IMG/VR virus record: IMGVR_UViG_3300038424_000065 | Span: 1-26,999 of that record | DNA length: 26,999 nt | From: a virus | Lineage: Duplodnaviria; Caudoviricetes | Direction: 5' to 3' (one strand) | In this document: one piece after another, positions 15,406 through 23,150 of the stretch | Layout of the letters: each line of letters begins with the position of its first letter | Position numbering within the stretch: position 1 is the stretch's first letter | Translations under genes and position numbers: made by a program | Notes under the pieces: model-generated | Seen by the model: the letters and a program-made list of their open reading frames with translations, nothing else | Told to the model about the DNA's origin: nothing | Databases searched by the model: none

Positions 15406-16833
15406 ATGGACCTCGAAACACGCAGCCTCTTCGCACGTCTGACAACTTTCCTCGGTTTGTTCTTCGCAAGTACAATCCCCGGAGTGGGCGAAGCCGGCGG
15501 TGCGGGCGATGAAGGCGGTGCCGGCGGCGGTGAAGGTGAAGGTGGAGAAGGTGGAGAAGGCGGCGAGGGCGAAGGTGAGGGAGAGGGAGAAGGCGAGGGT
15601 GAAGGCGAGGGTGAAGGCGGCGAAGGTGAAGGTGAGATCGAGGGCGAGGGCGAAGAAGGTGATGGTGAAGGCGAAGGGGAAGGTGAGGGCGAAGAGGGCG
15701 CCGGCAAGGGCAAGCCGAAGAAGCTCGATATTCAGAAGGCGCTCGACAAACTGAAAAAGACGGATCGAGCGCTCGCAGATACGCTTCGCAAAGAACATTT
15801 CTCGAACGTCGATTACAAACGGGCCTTCGCGACTCCGACCGAAGCGCAATCGGCCGCAGATCTCTTGAACCTAGTCGGCGGCGAAGAGGGAATCTCGACG
15901 CTACAGTCGAAGGCCGACGACTTCGCGAACGAACTTACGATGGTTGCCGACGGGGATCCGCAAATCCTCGACGACATCGTTCGCGATACTCCCGACGGTT
16001 TCAAAAAGCTGATGGGTGCCGGGCTTGAGAAGCTCCGGTTGCTCGACCAGGCCACCTATGAGCGGATGACGGCAAAACCGCTTATCAATGCGCTGCGCGA
16101 GAAGGGCGTGATTAACACGCTCGAAATGATTCGACAGATGGCGCTCGCTGGCAAGGGCCAGGAAGTCTTCGACCTCACTCAAAAGCTCTTACAGTGGGCC
16201 GCGAGTGTCGAACAGTTCGCGCAACGTGCCGGCGAAGAAGCTCCGAGCGAACGTGAGAAGGCCGCCGACACAAAAATCAAGCAAGCCGAGCAAATCGCAC
16301 GCCGCGGCTATCTCCGCGAGGTCGGAACAGCCTCGAATCGAGTCACATCGGGCGAAATCAAGCGCTTCCTCGATCCACTCATCCGCGATGCGAAGAAGCG
16401 CGGCGTCGTTTTGAAGATGGAACAGCTACAGGACGTCTCGAAGGGGATCTATGACGAGATCGCGGCCTCGCTGAAAGCAAATTCGGCTTATCAGCGCCAG
16501 ATGCAAGCCTACTACGCGAAGGACGCGGATCCCGACGACATCGCGAACTATGTTCGGCAGAAAGTCGGATCCTTGGCCGAAGCCGCGGCGAAAAAAGTCT
16601 GGTCGCGCAAAGGATGGGCGACCGCGCGCGGAAAAGTTCGCACCGGTGGCGGCGGAAAGCCGGCCGGCGGATCTGGCGGCGGTCCGAGCGTCTTCGTTGC
16701 GAAGCCGCCGCAACCTGAAACGATCGACTGGTCGAAGGATCCTCAGCGCGTCCGCTTCATGGGTAATGGTCGCGTCGGCGAGGCCACTCTCAAGGGAAGC
16801 GGTAAGGTAGTGCGTTTTCGGTGGGACACGTAG
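15406..16833 (+). CDS. putative capsid scaffolding protein (475 aa)
   Basis: Between portal and MCP; acidic low-complexity N-terminus, long helical body, basic C-terminus. Confidence 0.7.
   Translation: MDLETRSLFARLTTFLGLFFASTIPGVGEAGGAGDEGGAGGGEGEGGEGGEGGEGEGEGEGEGEGEGEGEGGEGEGEIEGEGEEGDGEGEGEGEGEEGAGKGKPKKLDIQKALDKLKKTDRALADTLRKEHFSNVDYKRAFATPTEAQSAADLLNLVGGEEGISTLQSKADDFANELTMVADGDPQILDDIVRDTPDGFKKLMGAGLEKLRLLDQATYERMTAKPLINALREKGVINTLEMIRQMALAGKGQEVFDLTQKLLQWAASVEQFAQRAGEEAPSEREKAADTKIKQAEQIARRGYLREVGTASNRVTSGEIKRFLDPLIRDAKKRGVVLKMEQLQDVSKGIYDEIAASLKANSAYQRQMQAYYAKDADPDDIANYVRQKVGSLAEAAAKKVWSRKGWATARGKVRTGGGGKPAGGSGGGPSVFVAKPPQPETIDWSKDPQRVRFMGNGRVGEATLKGSGKVVRFRWDT
15526..15700 (+). repeat. 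(Gly-Glu)n coding repeat
   Basis: GA(A/G)GG(T/C/A/G) hexamer array with variable third positions. Confidence 0.9.
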
Positions 16834-16844
16834 TACACTTCGGT

Positions 16845-16919
16845 CGCGCGGATGGAGCAACGGCGGCTCGCCTGGCTCATTACCAGGAAACCAGGAGTTC
16901 AATTCTCCCCGCGCAACCA
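16845..16919 (+). tRNA. atypical initiator tRNA-Met(CAT)-like gene with encoded CCA
   Basis: Acceptor CGCGCGG/CCGCGCA (C1xA72), D stem GAGC/GCTC, anticodon stem CCTGG/CCAGG with loop CTCATTA, T arm GGAG-TTCAATT-CTCC, 3' ACCA. Confidence 0.8.
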
Positions 16920-16931
16920 ATCGGAGACGAG

Positions 16932-17243
16932 ATGGATGCGAAAGAGCTCAGAAAAAAGCTCGACGAGGGTTTGAAGCCGGATTCGAGCGGCAAGACAACG
17001 CCGATCCAGCGGCTCACCCCGTTTCTACATGATCTCGTCGATTATCTCGAACGGACCGAAAATCAATTCAAGGAAGGCGCGACGATACGCGGCCATCTTG
17101 ACGAGCACGGCGCTTTTGTGGCCGACTCGATCGAACAAGTTTCCAGCGAGCCCACGTTCTCTGACATTGTGAGAACAGATTATCCGGGCCGCAAATCATT
17201 TTCCAGCGACGACGCGACGGAGAAAAATGAACCGGCAACATGA
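16932..17243 (+). CDS. hypothetical protein (103 aa)
   Basis: GGAG RBS right after the tRNA; ATG 16932. Confidence 0.65.
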   Translation: MDAKELRKKLDEGLKPDSSGKTTPIQRLTPFLHDLVDYLERTENQFKEGATIRGHLDEHGAFVADSIEQVSSEPTFSDIVRTDYPGRKSFSSDDATEKNEPAT

Positions 17244-17748
17244 AGCTCGGGCGTGCCGCAATCGCCATTGTCGCGTGGAGTTCTCCCCGCTTCATGGGAA
17301 TCGGCAGTACTGCACTCCGCGATGTTACGAAGCACGCCAGAATCAGACGCTTCACAAGCGAGAGCATCGGAGCCTTCTGAATCAAAGGCTTCATCGAAAG
17401 TTTGGCGTTCTCTGCAGACATGCTCGGCAGCGAGGCATAGAAAACGTCCTTAATCTCACGGAATACGGACTTCTTGTGGAAGACGCATCGTGCCACTGGT
17501 GCGGTGGAACTCTTCCGCTGATCGGTCATGGACTTGATAGGCTCGACTCGACGAAAGGCTACTCGATAGCGAACTGCGTCCCATCCTGCGAGGCGTGCAA
17601 TCTTGGCCGACGCGATATGACGCCCGACGAGTTCAGGGCATGGATCAAACGAGTTTACGAACGACAATTTTCCAGTGACCAGGTGACGCGGCTCGTATCC
17701 GCGCAAACAACCAACGAAAACCTGGGCGCTTCAAAACCCGCGGCCTAA
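17227..17748 (+). CDS. HNH endonuclease with N-terminal Cys cluster
   Basis: 'CRNRHC...F......QYC...C'; 'CHWCG.....GLDRLDSTKGYSIANCVPSCEACN..R.DM...EF..WI..VY'. Confidence 0.85.
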   Translation: MNRQHEARACRNRHCRVEFSPLHGNRQYCTPRCYEARQNQTLHKREHRSLLNQRLHRKFGVLCRHARQRGIENVLNLTEYGLLVEDASCHWCGGTLPLIGHGLDRLDSTKGYSIANCVPSCEACNLGRRDMTPDEFRAWIKRVYERQFSSDQVTRLVSAQTTNENLGASKPAA

Positions 17749-17860
17749 CCCGCCACGGGTGAGCACAGGGATCTAAGCGGACGCTTGGAAAAGCGTTCGG
17801 GCCATTGCCAGGCGAACCAGGAGCGCCGGCGAATGAGCTCACTCTTCCAGAGTGTGCCTA
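17748..17860 (+). promoter_or_regulatory. structured 5' leader of the capsid gene
   Basis: CGGACGCTT-GGAA-AAGCGTTCG hairpin (17778-17799); GGGTGAGC/GCTCACTC long-range stem; alternative CACTCT/AGAGTG hairpin. Confidence 0.45.
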
Positions 17861-19198
17861 ATGGCTTTAGCAGAGGCGGCGGTTCAAGGAATTGAACTCG
17901 AAGCCTGGAACAAAATGATTCCCTCTGTGATCTACAGCGGGAAAACCCTCTACAACCGCATCAAGCAAGGAACGAAGACTTATCCGACGGCGAACGTCAC
18001 CGCGCGACCGGGCAACATCGGCGCGACGACTGGCCTCGCACAGCGGGCGGCCTTCCAGGTTCCGATGCGGATCCAGTCGGGCGCAACAATCGTGCAGGGA
18101 ACCGGCGACGGCGATTCACTCGGCCGCGGTACGGGCTCTCAGTGGATCACCGGCGATATTGCTCCGGTCTTCCTGTTTTCCGGTTGCGAAATCACCTACC
18201 TCGCACAGATGGCGACCGCGGGACCGAAGCGCGGCCTCGTTTCAGTGCGAGCTCAGGAACTCAAGAACTCGCTCGACTCTTATCTCCGCGGCATCGAAGC
18301 TCTGTTCAACGGTGACGGATCCGGCGCTCTCGACCAGATCCCGACCGGCGCCATCGTCAATAATGGCACCGGGACCGGCGTGCAGACGTCCTCGATCCAG
18401 GGGATGAACAACGCAAACCAGTTCCAGGATCAACAGGTCGTGCAGGTCTTTACCGCAGTGAACGGAACTCTGCGCGGCTCGTTCCAGATCTCGTACGCCG
18501 ATGGCGTGTCGAACACGTTGTATAGCTCGACCGCTCTGCCGGCTGGAACAACTAACGGCGACTTCCTGATGGTCGCGGGTTCGAGCGGCGCAGCGAATAC
18601 CTCGCTCGCCGGCATCAAGACGTACCAGGTCGCGGGCAATTCCGGGACAGTCCTCGGCATTCCCCGTGCGAACTTCCCTTCGCGTCTCTCGACTCCCAAC
18701 ATCAACCTCAACAACAACCCGATCAACCCGGCCGTGCCTTATCGGGCGCAAATCCTGGTCGATCGTGGCCTTGGCGAAGATGCCGAGGAAACAGAGGGCG
18801 CAATCTGGTACGGCGGTCCGGGTCAGCAACTCGCGGTCACGAACCTCTATCAGAATGTGCTCATCGCAAACGCACAAGAAGTGAAAGGCGATAAGGCGCT
18901 GGACATGGTGAAGAAGTTTATGATTACGACTTTCGGCGGTCGCGAGTACGTCACCGGCTACAACGCCACACCGAATCGCCTCGATCTTCTGTGCCTCAAG
19001 TCGTGGGGGATTGCCGAAATGATCGAGCCTTCGCTCTACGATTTCGGAAACGGCGTGACAAACATGCCGGTTCCGGATCCGAACGGCAACGGCTGGCTCA
19101 CGTCGAATATCTTCTACTACAACTCAGCGATGAACCTCTTCAACTCGAACATGAAGGCGGGCGCCTACGTCACACAGGCGGCCGAGCCGACGATCTAA
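17861..19198 (+). CDS. major capsid protein (445 aa)
   Basis: Position after scaffold, followed by terminator; 'YLRGIEALFNGDGSG.L', 'LAGI', 'FGGREY......PNRLDLL....W' consistent with HK97 fold plus a beta insertion domain. Confidence 0.85.
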   Translation: MALAEAAVQGIELEAWNKMIPSVIYSGKTLYNRIKQGTKTYPTANVTARPGNIGATTGLAQRAAFQVPMRIQSGATIVQGTGDGDSLGRGTGSQWITGDIAPVFLFSGCEITYLAQMATAGPKRGLVSVRAQELKNSLDSYLRGIEALFNGDGSGALDQIPTGAIVNNGTGTGVQTSSIQGMNNANQFQDQQVVQVFTAVNGTLRGSFQISYADGVSNTLYSSTALPAGTTNGDFLMVAGSSGAANTSLAGIKTYQVAGNSGTVLGIPRANFPSRLSTPNINLNNNPINPAVPYRAQILVDRGLGEDAEETEGAIWYGGPGQQLAVTNLYQNVLIANAQEVKGDKALDMVKKFMITTFGGREYVTGYNATPNRLDLLCLKSWGIAEMIEPSLYDFGNGVTNMPVPDPNGNGWLTSNIFYYNSAMNLFNSNMKAGAYVTQAAEPTI

Positions 19199-19214
19199 GT
19201 CCGACAGTCGAAGC

Positions 19215-19250
19215 GAGGCCGGCGCGCGAGTGCCGGCCTCAATCTTTTCT
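19215..19250 (+). terminator. intrinsic terminator after MCP
   Basis: GAGGCCGGCGC-GCGA-GTGCCGGCCTC 11-bp stem with GNRA loop, then AATCTTTTCT. Confidence 0.65.
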
Positions 19251-19267
19251 CACAGGAGAAGGTGACG

Positions 19268-19645
19268 ATGGCTCAAATGAAGAGCTCAGCAGTTCGCGAG
19301 ATTCCCCCGAAAAAACTCGAGATTTCGCCGCTCGAATACTTGCACGACAACTTCGACGCGCTGGTCGATTTTATTCTCGTCGTTCCGATCGAGAAGCCGC
19401 TCAGCGAGGAAGTGAACCTCGAACAGTCCGATCACTATAAAGAGAAGCCGACCTGGGGAATCGTCGCCGCAGTCGGAACCGGCCGCGTTGTGAATGGCGT
19501 GCTCATACCGATCGACGTCGAGTTCGGTGACGAGGTCTACTTCACGAAGTACGGCGAGGATGTCGAGCTCGACGGCCGCAAGGCGCAACTGATTCACGCG
19601 AGCGAGGTCAAGATCCGCCGGAAACAAAGGACGGCGTTACTGTGA
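19268..19645 (+). CDS. groES: GroES-like co-chaperonin (Cpn10)
   Basis: 'L.DFILV.P', 'KEKPTWGIVAAVGTGR', 'P.DV..GDEVYF.KYG...ELDG....LI..SEV'. Confidence 0.9.
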   Translation: MAQMKSSAVREIPPKKLEISPLEYLHDNFDALVDFILVVPIEKPLSEEVNLEQSDHYKEKPTWGIVAAVGTGRVVNGVLIPIDVEFGDEVYFTKYGEDVELDGRKAQLIHASEVKIRRKQRTALL

Positions 19646-20328
19646 ATAATCTTCGCAGAGCCGAACGGCGCTTGTGTCCGGATGAGTTTCAACAGGCGAT
19701 CGACGAACGCTTCGGCCTCAATCGCTTCGGCACGTCTAACTTCCGCATGGCCTGGGGAGAGACAGAAACGATGCGAGTCGCCGGCGTGCGCAGCTATGAA
19801 GATCGGCTGATGTGCGGGAACATCGCATGTTGGAACCTTCTCAGATGGCGGCCGCCTGAATCCTTCGGCAGTCCCGAACTCTTCGAGATCTTAAATCGCG
19901 ATCTCGATAGCGGGTTGTGCATCCTCGGCGAGTATCCGTACGAGGGGCGCTACGACATTTTGCAACCGCTCATGGCGAAAGAGTTCAAGAACGGCCGGCT
20001 CGAAATCGAGGCATTCCCGCTGAGCTACCAGATCCTCGACACGATCATCCCGATCGTCCTTCAATCCGAAGAGATGACCGGAATGGAGATCGCGGCGGCG
20101 AATGCAGTCATCGAAGCACGCGAGAACAAGGTGATCGTCGAAGAGATCACCGATCGGTTGCTTGACGAGATGCCGACTCGCCTCGGACCAGTGTCGTACT
20201 CGAAGCACGGATGCAAAACAGCAGCAATCACAAAGAAGATGGACGAAATATCCCGTGTTTGGAACCGGATGAGCGTCGGCGCACTCAAGCGGCCGCGCCG
20301 CGGTTTCTACCAGGGAAACCCCAACTAG
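19642..20328 (+). CDS. hypothetical protein (228 aa)
   Basis: GTGA coupling to groES; globular sequence with 'LGEYPYEGRY'. Confidence 0.75.
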   Translation: MNNLRRAERRLCPDEFQQAIDERFGLNRFGTSNFRMAWGETETMRVAGVRSYEDRLMCGNIACWNLLRWRPPESFGSPELFEILNRDLDSGLCILGEYPYEGRYDILQPLMAKEFKNGRLEIEAFPLSYQILDTIIPIVLQSEEMTGMEIAAANAVIEARENKVIVEEITDRLLDEMPTRLGPVSYSKHGCKTAAITKKMDEISRVWNRMSVGALKRPRRGFYQGNPN

Positions 20329-20350
20329 AAGCTCACAGGAGAAGAAGACT

Positions 20351-21307
20351 ATGCCGAGAGTAACAGCGGTCATCTCAAGTGATTCACGGAATGCACGCCG
20401 GCTCACGCGGGCGAAGATGAACGAGCTCAATCCGGAACCGGAACAGATCCTCGACGCCAACATTCGGCGCAAACCCGAATACTACGTCTATATCTACAAC
20501 GTCTCGACGATGGAGCAGAAAATCGCGCGGCCGTGGGCGCATCCCGCGCTTATCATTCCGGCGTGTGAACCGGATCAGCCGTACAGCCAGCCGCTCGTGC
20601 TTCCTGACATCGTCCAAGATCGCGTTGAGCGTCCGGGATCCTGGGACATCGGGATTCGCGGAGTCGATGCCACGTTCCTCGCGCAAGACGCGCTTCACCC
20701 GGACCTCATTGGCGGCGATTGGAAAAGCTACCGGCCGATCCCGAAAGGAAGCGCGGCGAACGACGGCACCGATCTTTATGCGTACGGTTGCTGGTGGTCA
20801 CTGAACAATCCGCCGACTGAGGAAGAAGTGGAGACGGCACGCAATCGACTCGCGGCCACATATCGTCAAGAGATCCGCAAAGCGACCGCGCTGCAAATGC
20901 AAGGCAAGCCCGACGAAATCTCACCGATGGCGCACCGAGCCGCCGACTTCTTCGACCTTGAGCTTCCGTGGCACGCAGAGCTCACCGCGCGAATCGTTTG
21001 CCCTGGTTGCGGCGAGAAAATTCCGTCGAGCATGGTTCGCCACATGCCGCGCGAGAAGTGCGGTTACGTCTTCGACTGGAATCGAGCGATCCGCGCCGGC
21101 GTGGCAACGAAGAAGGAAGCGGACGACGCCGGCGTCATGCTCGGCGTGGAGGATCCAGAGGCTTTCGAGGAACGACTCGAAGCCGAAGAGGCCGATGCAG
21201 TGGATAACGAGCCGACGGAAGGAACAGACGAACCCGCTCCGGTTATCGGAACGAAATCAGCAGAGACGGAGAAACCCGCGCCGAAGAGGTCGCGCCGTCG
21301 AAGCTAA
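20351..21307 (+). CDS. hypothetical protein with Zn ribbon (318 aa)
   Basis: CACAGGAGAA RBS; CPGCG...H....C motif; acidic then basic tail. Confidence 0.75.
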   Translation: MPRVTAVISSDSRNARRLTRAKMNELNPEPEQILDANIRRKPEYYVYIYNVSTMEQKIARPWAHPALIIPACEPDQPYSQPLVLPDIVQDRVERPGSWDIGIRGVDATFLAQDALHPDLIGGDWKSYRPIPKGSAANDGTDLYAYGCWWSLNNPPTEEEVETARNRLAATYRQEIRKATALQMQGKPDEISPMAHRAADFFDLELPWHAELTARIVCPGCGEKIPSSMVRHMPREKCGYVFDWNRAIRAGVATKKEADDAGVMLGVEDPEAFEERLEAEEADAVDNEPTEGTDEPAPVIGTKSAETEKPAPKRSRRRS

Positions 21308-21313
21308 CGAACT

Positions 21314-21380
21314 TCACAGGTGGGCCGCGCGATCGGGGGTCGGTTCCTGTGCCGAAGAAGATCAAAGCGGCCGCCTGTGA
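21314..21380 (+). other. intergenic structured RNA element
   Basis: TCACAGGTG(G)GCCGC / GCGGCCGCCTGTGA 14-bp stem with one bulge, inner GATC/GATC and TCGGT/GCCGA stems. Confidence 0.5.
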
Positions 21381-21392
21381 TGTAAGGAATGA

Positions 21393-22178
21393 ATGAGCGT
21401 CTCACCACAACAGCCATATCCGAGCGCCGATAAAGTGATGAATCGCGCTCGTGCGTTCGTCAACGACGCTTTCCAGGGCGGCGCCGGTCGGATCCTCACG
21501 AACGCAGCGCCGTTCACGGTCGAGTACCTCAATTCGTCGCTCGAAGAGCTTGCACAACGAATCCGAAATCGCGGCGTCATCACGCTTGAGTACGACAACT
21601 GGATCCTCACGCCGATCACCGCGCTACCGGCGCCGGATCCGGCCGTTCAGATCTATGTGAGCTTCGGCGGTTTCTTCAACGGCTATTCGATGGTAAAGAC
21701 GCCGGTCCTTCCTGGAAACTGCCTTCAAGTTCTCGAAGTATGGGAGCGGCAAACCGGATCCGGGCTTCCATTCCAGCCGATGAAGCCGGTCCGACCGCTC
21801 TCATCGGCGAATCAAGGACCGTATCTCCGAAATTGGGAGTTCCGCCAGGACCGCATCAACATGCGCGGCTCGACCGTGACCGAGGATCTCCGGATTCGAT
21901 TCACGGGTTCACTTGCACAGATCGCGCCGGCGACGACGGAGAATCCCTGGTCGGATGTGACGATCCAGATCCTTGCGAGCACGAATGCACTCGCGAAGAT
22001 CGTCGCTTACAACTATGCGCTCGCGCGCGGCGCCGCGGCGGCCGACAAGATGAGCGCGGACGCAGACAAGTACACAAGGCTTATCACCAATGCTTATACG
22101 CGGCAGAACCAGCGCACGCCGGCACGCCGGAAGCAATTCGGCCAGCGGAACATCGGCGGCGTGAATCTGCCGTGGTAA
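21393..22178 (+). CDS. head-tail adaptor / tail tubular protein A-like (261 aa)
   Basis: AAGGA RBS; helical N- and C-termini ('VMNRAR', 'YLNSSLEEL') around a beta insert; position after MCP. Confidence 0.6.
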   Translation: MSVSPQQPYPSADKVMNRARAFVNDAFQGGAGRILTNAAPFTVEYLNSSLEELAQRIRNRGVITLEYDNWILTPITALPAPDPAVQIYVSFGGFFNGYSMVKTPVLPGNCLQVLEVWERQTGSGLPFQPMKPVRPLSSANQGPYLRNWEFRQDRINMRGSTVTEDLRIRFTGSLAQIAPATTENPWSDVTIQILASTNALAKIVAYNYALARGAAAADKMSADADKYTRLITNAYTRQNQRTPARRKQFGQRNIGGVNLPW

Positions 22179-22235
22179 GAACGGCGTGAGGAACGCTGAA
22201 ACCAGCAACAAGCGTCGGGGAGGCGCTTAAAACCA

Positions 22236-23135
22236 ATGAGCTACACCGCAACGAAGTACCTCGGAGTCAGGCCGTTTCCATTTCCAAAGGGCAACGACAT
22301 CACACAGCGCCGCGCCATCATCAGCGGCCAGCTCGTCGATTGCGACACGGCGACGGAGTACACGCCGGGCGGCATCGGCTCTTCGAGCTTTGAAGTCACC
22401 GCATTCTCAGCGGTCGGCCTCGTCACCTACTCGGGTTTGAAGGGCGCACCACTCGTCAACGGCCAGCGAGTCGTGATCTATAACACGGCCTCGAACACTA
22501 ACGACGGGACGTACATCGTCTCGCAACTCACACCGGCGTCGGCCACGGCCGGCACATTCGTCGCGATCGCAATTCCTGGCAGCGTGATCGCGGGAAGCGG
22601 GCAGACCGGGCAAACCGCCGAAGGTGTGGGACAGATCCAGTGGGGCGCGCGTGTGCAAGAAGCGCAAACCTTCACGGTGACGGCCGTTTCCTGGTCGGGC
22701 GGCGTGATGACTTGCACGTACACCACGCTCACCGGGCCGCAACTCACTCCGGGCGATAACGTCTTGCTCGCCGGAATGTCGAACGCCGGCAACAGCGGAT
22801 CCTTCGGACTCACGGGCGTCTTCCCGACGTCCTCGACTGGCGGATCCTTCACTGTCAACAATCCGAATGGCGTCACGACCGATTCAGGCACCGGCACGGG
22901 CAACTTCCAGGCCGGTTCCGAGAACGCGAGCACCACGAACGAAACGCCGATCGAAGTCCGCATCGATTCATCGAAGGGATGGGTCTATCGCTTCGATTAC
23001 ACGAACCTCACAATCCGGATCTATGTGACCGGAAGCGCTTCGACCGACATTCTGAATGAAGCGGCGGTCGGTGCTACCGTGGCGTTCGATCCGACGATTA
23101 CGTTCCGGGCCGAGTTCGCTCGGACTCAGGCGTAA
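22236..23135 (+). CDS. putative virion structural protein (299 aa) with two repeated beta modules
   Basis: GGAGG RBS; 'EYTPGGI' N-terminal motif; two modules 'F.VTA.S....TY....G..L..G..V......N.G......P.S.T.G.F'. Confidence 0.65.
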   Translation: MSYTATKYLGVRPFPFPKGNDITQRRAIISGQLVDCDTATEYTPGGIGSSSFEVTAFSAVGLVTYSGLKGAPLVNGQRVVIYNTASNTNDGTYIVSQLTPASATAGTFVAIAIPGSVIAGSGQTGQTAEGVGQIQWGARVQEAQTFTVTAVSWSGGVMTCTYTTLTGPQLTPGDNVLLAGMSNAGNSGSFGLTGVFPTSSTGGSFTVNNPNGVTTDSGTGTGNFQAGSENASTTNETPIEVRIDSSKGWVYRFDYTNLTIRIYVTGSASTDILNEAAVGATVAFDPTITFRAEFARTQA

Positions 23136-23150
23136 ACCAGGGGGCGGCGA

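Noticed and set aside
15195-15713. Minus-strand (Pro-Ser)n ORF
   Set aside because: Antisense shadow of the (Gly-Glu)n tract in the scaffold gene
16845-16919. tRNA as a prophage attachment site
   Set aside because: Lies inside the head module with phage genes on both sides; no integrase or duplicated 3' end in the window
17227-17860. Group I intron carrying the HNH
   Set aside because: No interrupted gene is evident, MCP appears intact from 17861, and P/Q/R/S core elements were not recognisable; an Infernal search would settle it
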